Positions 61,929 through 64,000 of a DNA stretch of 64,000 nucleotides are shown here, in pieces (positions within the stretch are counted from its first letter, which is position 1; each line of letters begins with the position of its first letter). Under the pieces are notes generated by a model. The model saw nothing but the letters and a program-made list of their open reading frames with translations, was not told where the DNA came from and searched no databases. A program made the position numbers and the translations under genes. This DNA is from Strigamia acuminata (Eukaryota). The DNA is taken from contig OX442314.1 of NCBI GenBank assembly GCA_949358305.1, positions 17,112,001 through 17,176,000 on the forward strand. The letters are read 5' to 3'.

Positions 61929-64000
61929 CTGCAAACACACGCAATAAACACAAAGCGAAAACAAAAGTCGGGAAAACACATCAAACAAGTTCAATCTTAA
62001 TTACGACAAGTATAAACTAACAACAACACGGTTTATTTGCCCTCGTTTCACTTAGGGGAACATGCCTACCCCACCCTTCTTCTCCTCCTCCCTTCCCCTC
62101 CCACTATGGCGTCCCTCCTGCACGCCCCCGCACCCTTCGTTTTCACGGTCCAAGATGCGGTAGGAGTGGCAGGAAATGGAAGTTCACTGTACCGCAGCCC
62201 CCGGTCCACGCTGCTCCGCAACAACAAAAGACACAGCGGGGCAGCCGACTCGCTGGCGGCCCGACCGGAACGCGTCGCCACTGACGTCATTTCCCGGAGC
62301 CAAGACGAGGCGCAGTGCGTTTGAGAAAAATCAAACAGCAGAAGAAAAAAAAGAGAAGAACAGGTGGAGGATGTTGACACGAAGACCAAAGTAAACTCGA
62401 GTACAGCAAATGAGCTCAACCTGCCCCCTCGGATCCTCTCTTTGATTAGCTCCGCTCCAATTAAGACGCGCGTCCCCTCCATCCTCCATCCTCCATCCTC
62501 CCACTACCAAGTCCCCCTCTCTCCTTCTACAATCACCTCGTGACCCCCTCTACTTGCACAAATTTCATTAGCGGCCAACGGATCGCTTTAGGACAGTCTG
62601 TTGTCTCTAGAGACGCAGTTTGTTTTTTCGGCTTTGGCTGCCCAAACGCCAGTCGAGCGCCGAGTGACAGACATGTTGCTGACACAACAAGCGCCTCCCC
62701 GCCCCCTTTTCGTAATAAGTTCCATCAGAGGCTCATCATTAGGAGCCAAACACGAATCGATCGATCTTCCACCATCCCCCTGGTGGACACTTCTTTTTAG
62801 ACCACTTGCTCTTTTTGTTGGCCGGCAAGCCAATTAATTGTGGGGGCGGTGTACGGCGCCCCCACCTACCCCACCCTCGCCTCTAGGCCGAGTCAAGACG
62901 AATATGTGGGCAACCGAAATGCTCATCAATTTGCCCTTCTTTCACTGATTGATTGGCCGAAGGGGATTAATAGTTAATCATGTGTCCGTGACAGCTTTCC
63001 TTCTACATCAATCCTTTTAAACATCTTCGAGTCTCTTCTCTTCGTCTACGAGTCGTGACGCAACACTCGCAACAACTTTTCTTCCATTCTTTTTTTTAAT
63101 TTTCCAACGAAAAAAGTAAATTTTTTTATATAATTTTTTCTTTCGAGGGGCAAGGATTATTTTTGTTGGTACGGTTGGAAAAAAAATTAAAAAAGATAAT
63201 AAAAAAAACAAGTTTTGGTAAGAAAAAGAATAATGTTTGTGTCCACAAAAAAGGAGAAAGAAAGAAAAAAAAATTCCACTTCTTGGCATGAGAGAAATTT
63301 CATTCATATTAAGCGACGGAAGAGAAAGAGTGAAGGGTATGGGTGGTTGAGGCTTGACAAATGAGTCCTAGCTTGTGGATCCAAGAGACGGACCAGAGAA
63401 AAACGAACCTACCCACGCACACAGCAGGAAAAAAAACAACAACAAGCAAAAAGTCATTAATCATTGGCGGATCTCTTTCAGATCAATTCCCATGGATCTG
63501 CAGCATCCATCTCCAAGTACGATGAGGAGTCCCCCCCCCCCTACCCCCGCCCCAAAAAAACAAAAAAAAGTAGGGACGCGGAAGGAAAAGACGCTTAATA
63601 AATTCGCTCGGATTACCGAGTTGAAAAGCGGCACAATTATTTTAGACGAATTAAATGAAAAGATGACGGAGTTTTGTCTGCAACTTAAGCAAGACAAAGT
63701 TGGCGCCAAAACTCGTCTATGGTCATTAATCTGACGCCAGGTGACGATGCACACGCGTTCTCACTCATTTGCATGCTGTGTGGGAGTAGGTATTAAGTTG
63801 ACCGAATACTGCTCAATGGCTTCCGGGATGAGAAGAAAAAAGAAACGAGTTTGCCGTCAAAGGATTGAGCTAGGACATAAAGGGGTTGAAAAAAACGGAC
63901 CCGGTGCAAAACTTTTCTACGTTGCACGATCTGCATTTTTTACGTACAGCGTGAAGCGTCTATTTAATAAAAGAGACCTGGAGAATGTATTTTTTTTTTG

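Noticed and set aside
1..64000. tRNA, rRNA, snoRNA or autonomous transposon genes
   Set aside because: None recognised by eye; an Infernal/tRNAscan run would be needed to exclude small structured RNAs.

Overview
Eukaryotic (animal, most likely non-dipteran arthropod) genomic DNA in two contrasting parts. 1-11 kb is an ultra-compact housekeeping cluster with mostly 55-80 nt introns: WDR33 (5' end, -), a 759-bp hAT-like MITE with an 8-bp TSD, CNTD1 (+), mitofusin/Marf (-), SSU72 (+), LSG1 (-, with an AT-AC minor-spliceosome intron) and a short CDCA3-like gene (-). 11-64 kb is a large developmental-regulator domain on the - strand: a rotund/squeeze/LIN-29-type C2H2 zinc-finger unit (36.5-54.1 kb) directly upstream of a datilografo-type unit (12.3-20.6 kb), with the 3' exons of USP48 (55.3-61.9 kb) upstream of both. 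Main hypothesis: both zinc-finger cassettes start with the C-terminal half of finger 1 at a phase-0 acceptor, and I found only one exon supplying the CxxC half (39157-39431). The two units may therefore be one composite locus with alternative DNA-binding cassettes. A strong AG|GTAAG recursive-splice motif between them fits this. Also seen: candidate microexons, a let-7 site in a candidate alternative 3' UTR, and enriched regulatory motifs. All gene names come from my recognition of translated motifs, not from database searches; exon models and motif counts were read by eye.
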